DNA of 64,000 nucleotides from an uncultured Methanomassiliicoccales archaeon (GTDB lineage Archaea; Thermoplasmatota; Thermoplasmata; Methanomassiliicoccales; Methanomethylophilaceae), in contig CAZCMJ010000001.1 of NCBI GenBank assembly GCA_964499845.1, forward strand, positions 1,439-65,438, written 5' to 3'. Of this stretch, positions 63,014 through 64,000 are shown one piece after another (the stretch's first letter is position 1; the number at the start of each line of letters is the position of its first letter). The translations under genes were made by a program, and so were the position numbers. The notes under the pieces are model-generated. The model searched no databases. It was not told where the DNA came from and saw only the letters and a list, made by a program, of their open reading frames with translations.

Positions 63014-64000
63014 GATGGAAGAAACACCTAGCCTGTTGTACAAGGTCAAACCCCTGTCCGACAGGCTCCCCTCCGTCAAGAGGCCTGAAGGCCACGTGCA
63101 CTTCAGGACCAAAATGATGTGGGTCATAGTCGTGTTGGTCGTCTATTTCGTGATGACCAATGTGTATCTCTACGGTTTGGACCAGTCCGAATCGTTGGAT
63201 CTGTTCGCACAATATAGAACCATCATGGCAGGAGCTTCCGGATCGCTACTGCAACTCGGTATCGGACCGATCGTCACAGCTTCGATCATAATGCAGCTGT
63301 TCGTCGGTGCAAAAATCATCAAACTGGACCTTGGGAAGCGCGAGGACAAGGCATGCTACCAGTCAGTGCTCAAACTGCTGGTCATCGTCATGATCCTGTT
63401 CGAGGCTGTCCCCCAGGTATTCGGATACCTGGTCCCCTCGAGTGCGGCCACTGACCTCCTCGGTGGGGCCGGTGCCAAACTCCTGCTGATAGCTCAGCTC
63501 TTCGCAGGGTCCTACATCATCTTCATGATGGATGAGGTGGTGTCTAAGTGGGGTATCGGAAGCGGTATCTCACTGTTCATCGCCGCAGGTGTGGCGCAGG
63601 CGCTGTTCACCGGAGCCCTTAACTGGAATCCGATCGACATCAACTCCGCCATGAGCTTGGAGAATCCGCCCGGAGGAACCATCCCCCGTGCGCTGTACTA
63701 TGTCTTCACCATGTCGCCCGAACAGATGGCGCAGGGTGGATACGAGAGCCTGTTCCTGGGTTCACCCAACCCCATGATCGCGTTGGTGGGTACGCTGGTG
63801 ATCTTCGCCATCGTCGCCTATCTGGAGTCGACACGTATCGAACTCCCCCTGTCACACGGGAACGCAAGGGGTGCAAGGGGTCGCTACCCGATCAAGCTGA
63901 TGTACGCAAGCAACATCCCTGTCATCCTGATGTCCGCACTGCTCGCTATCGTGAGCATGACCGCCCTGCTGCTGTACAGCAACGACTTCCTCAGCGGTAT
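63014..64000 (+). CDS. secY: preprotein translocase subunit SecY (N-terminal ~329 codons; continues past the right window edge)
   Basis: Own translation from ATG 63014: MEETPSLLYKVKPLSDRLPSVKRPEGHVHFRTKMMWVIVVLVVYFVMTNV...LQLGIGPIVTASIIMQLF. The frame is open to position 64000, and the gene follows L15. Confidence 0.9.

Noticed and set aside
1-64000. CRISPR arrays or cas genes
   Set aside because: I scanned the intergenic regions for regularly spaced 24-40-bp direct repeats. The only repeats found were the 9-bp array at 10230-10283 and the pair of 25-bp repeats at 13471-13619, and neither has CRISPR spacing or copy number. No Cas-like ORFs are present.

Overview
This is a GC-rich archaeal chromosomal segment with strongly G/C-biased third codon positions, AT-rich TATA-type promoters and GAGGTG Shine-Dalgarno sites inside operons. 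Gene content and stop-codon usage (almost all TGA, no TAG) suggest a Thermoplasmata or Methanomassiliicoccales-like organism; that is inference only, with no search run. The right-hand 13 kb holds the archaeal ribosomal-protein supercluster, rpl3 through rpl15 and then secY, including aSUI1 and RNase P Rpp29. Other core genes are gatCAB beside a bacterial-type aspS, an ipk-fni-idsA isoprenoid operon, gap-pgk, amt-glnK, two tandem ilvB paralogues, cca, dapB, rnhB, mptA, a RaSEA-like radical SAM gene, radB, bud32, hypC, nac and alaX. There are also an orphan 5S rRNA and four tRNAs (Thr-UGU, Arg-CCU, Pro-UGG, initiator Met-CAU). Positions ~8.3-20.4 kb form an accessory island. It carries a class II Fic protein, a DUF2075-type nuclease-helicase next to a CARF-like/wHTH regulator, two STAND/AAA ATPase genes (one split by an in-frame TAA), an IS1634-like element abutting a truncated IS5-like transposase gene, and a frameshifted integrase next to tRNA-Pro. 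A second decayed cassette (DUF3990/DUF3791) lies beside tRNA-Thr. The main points for follow-up are the nuclease-helicase plus CARF-like pair with its phased 9-bp repeat array, pgk lacking a canonical start codon while in frame with gap, a PP-loop ATPase fused to a DinJ-like RHH tail, and a repeated operator-like motif upstream of amt-glnK. No CRISPR array or cas gene was seen. All family assignments come from reading motifs by eye.
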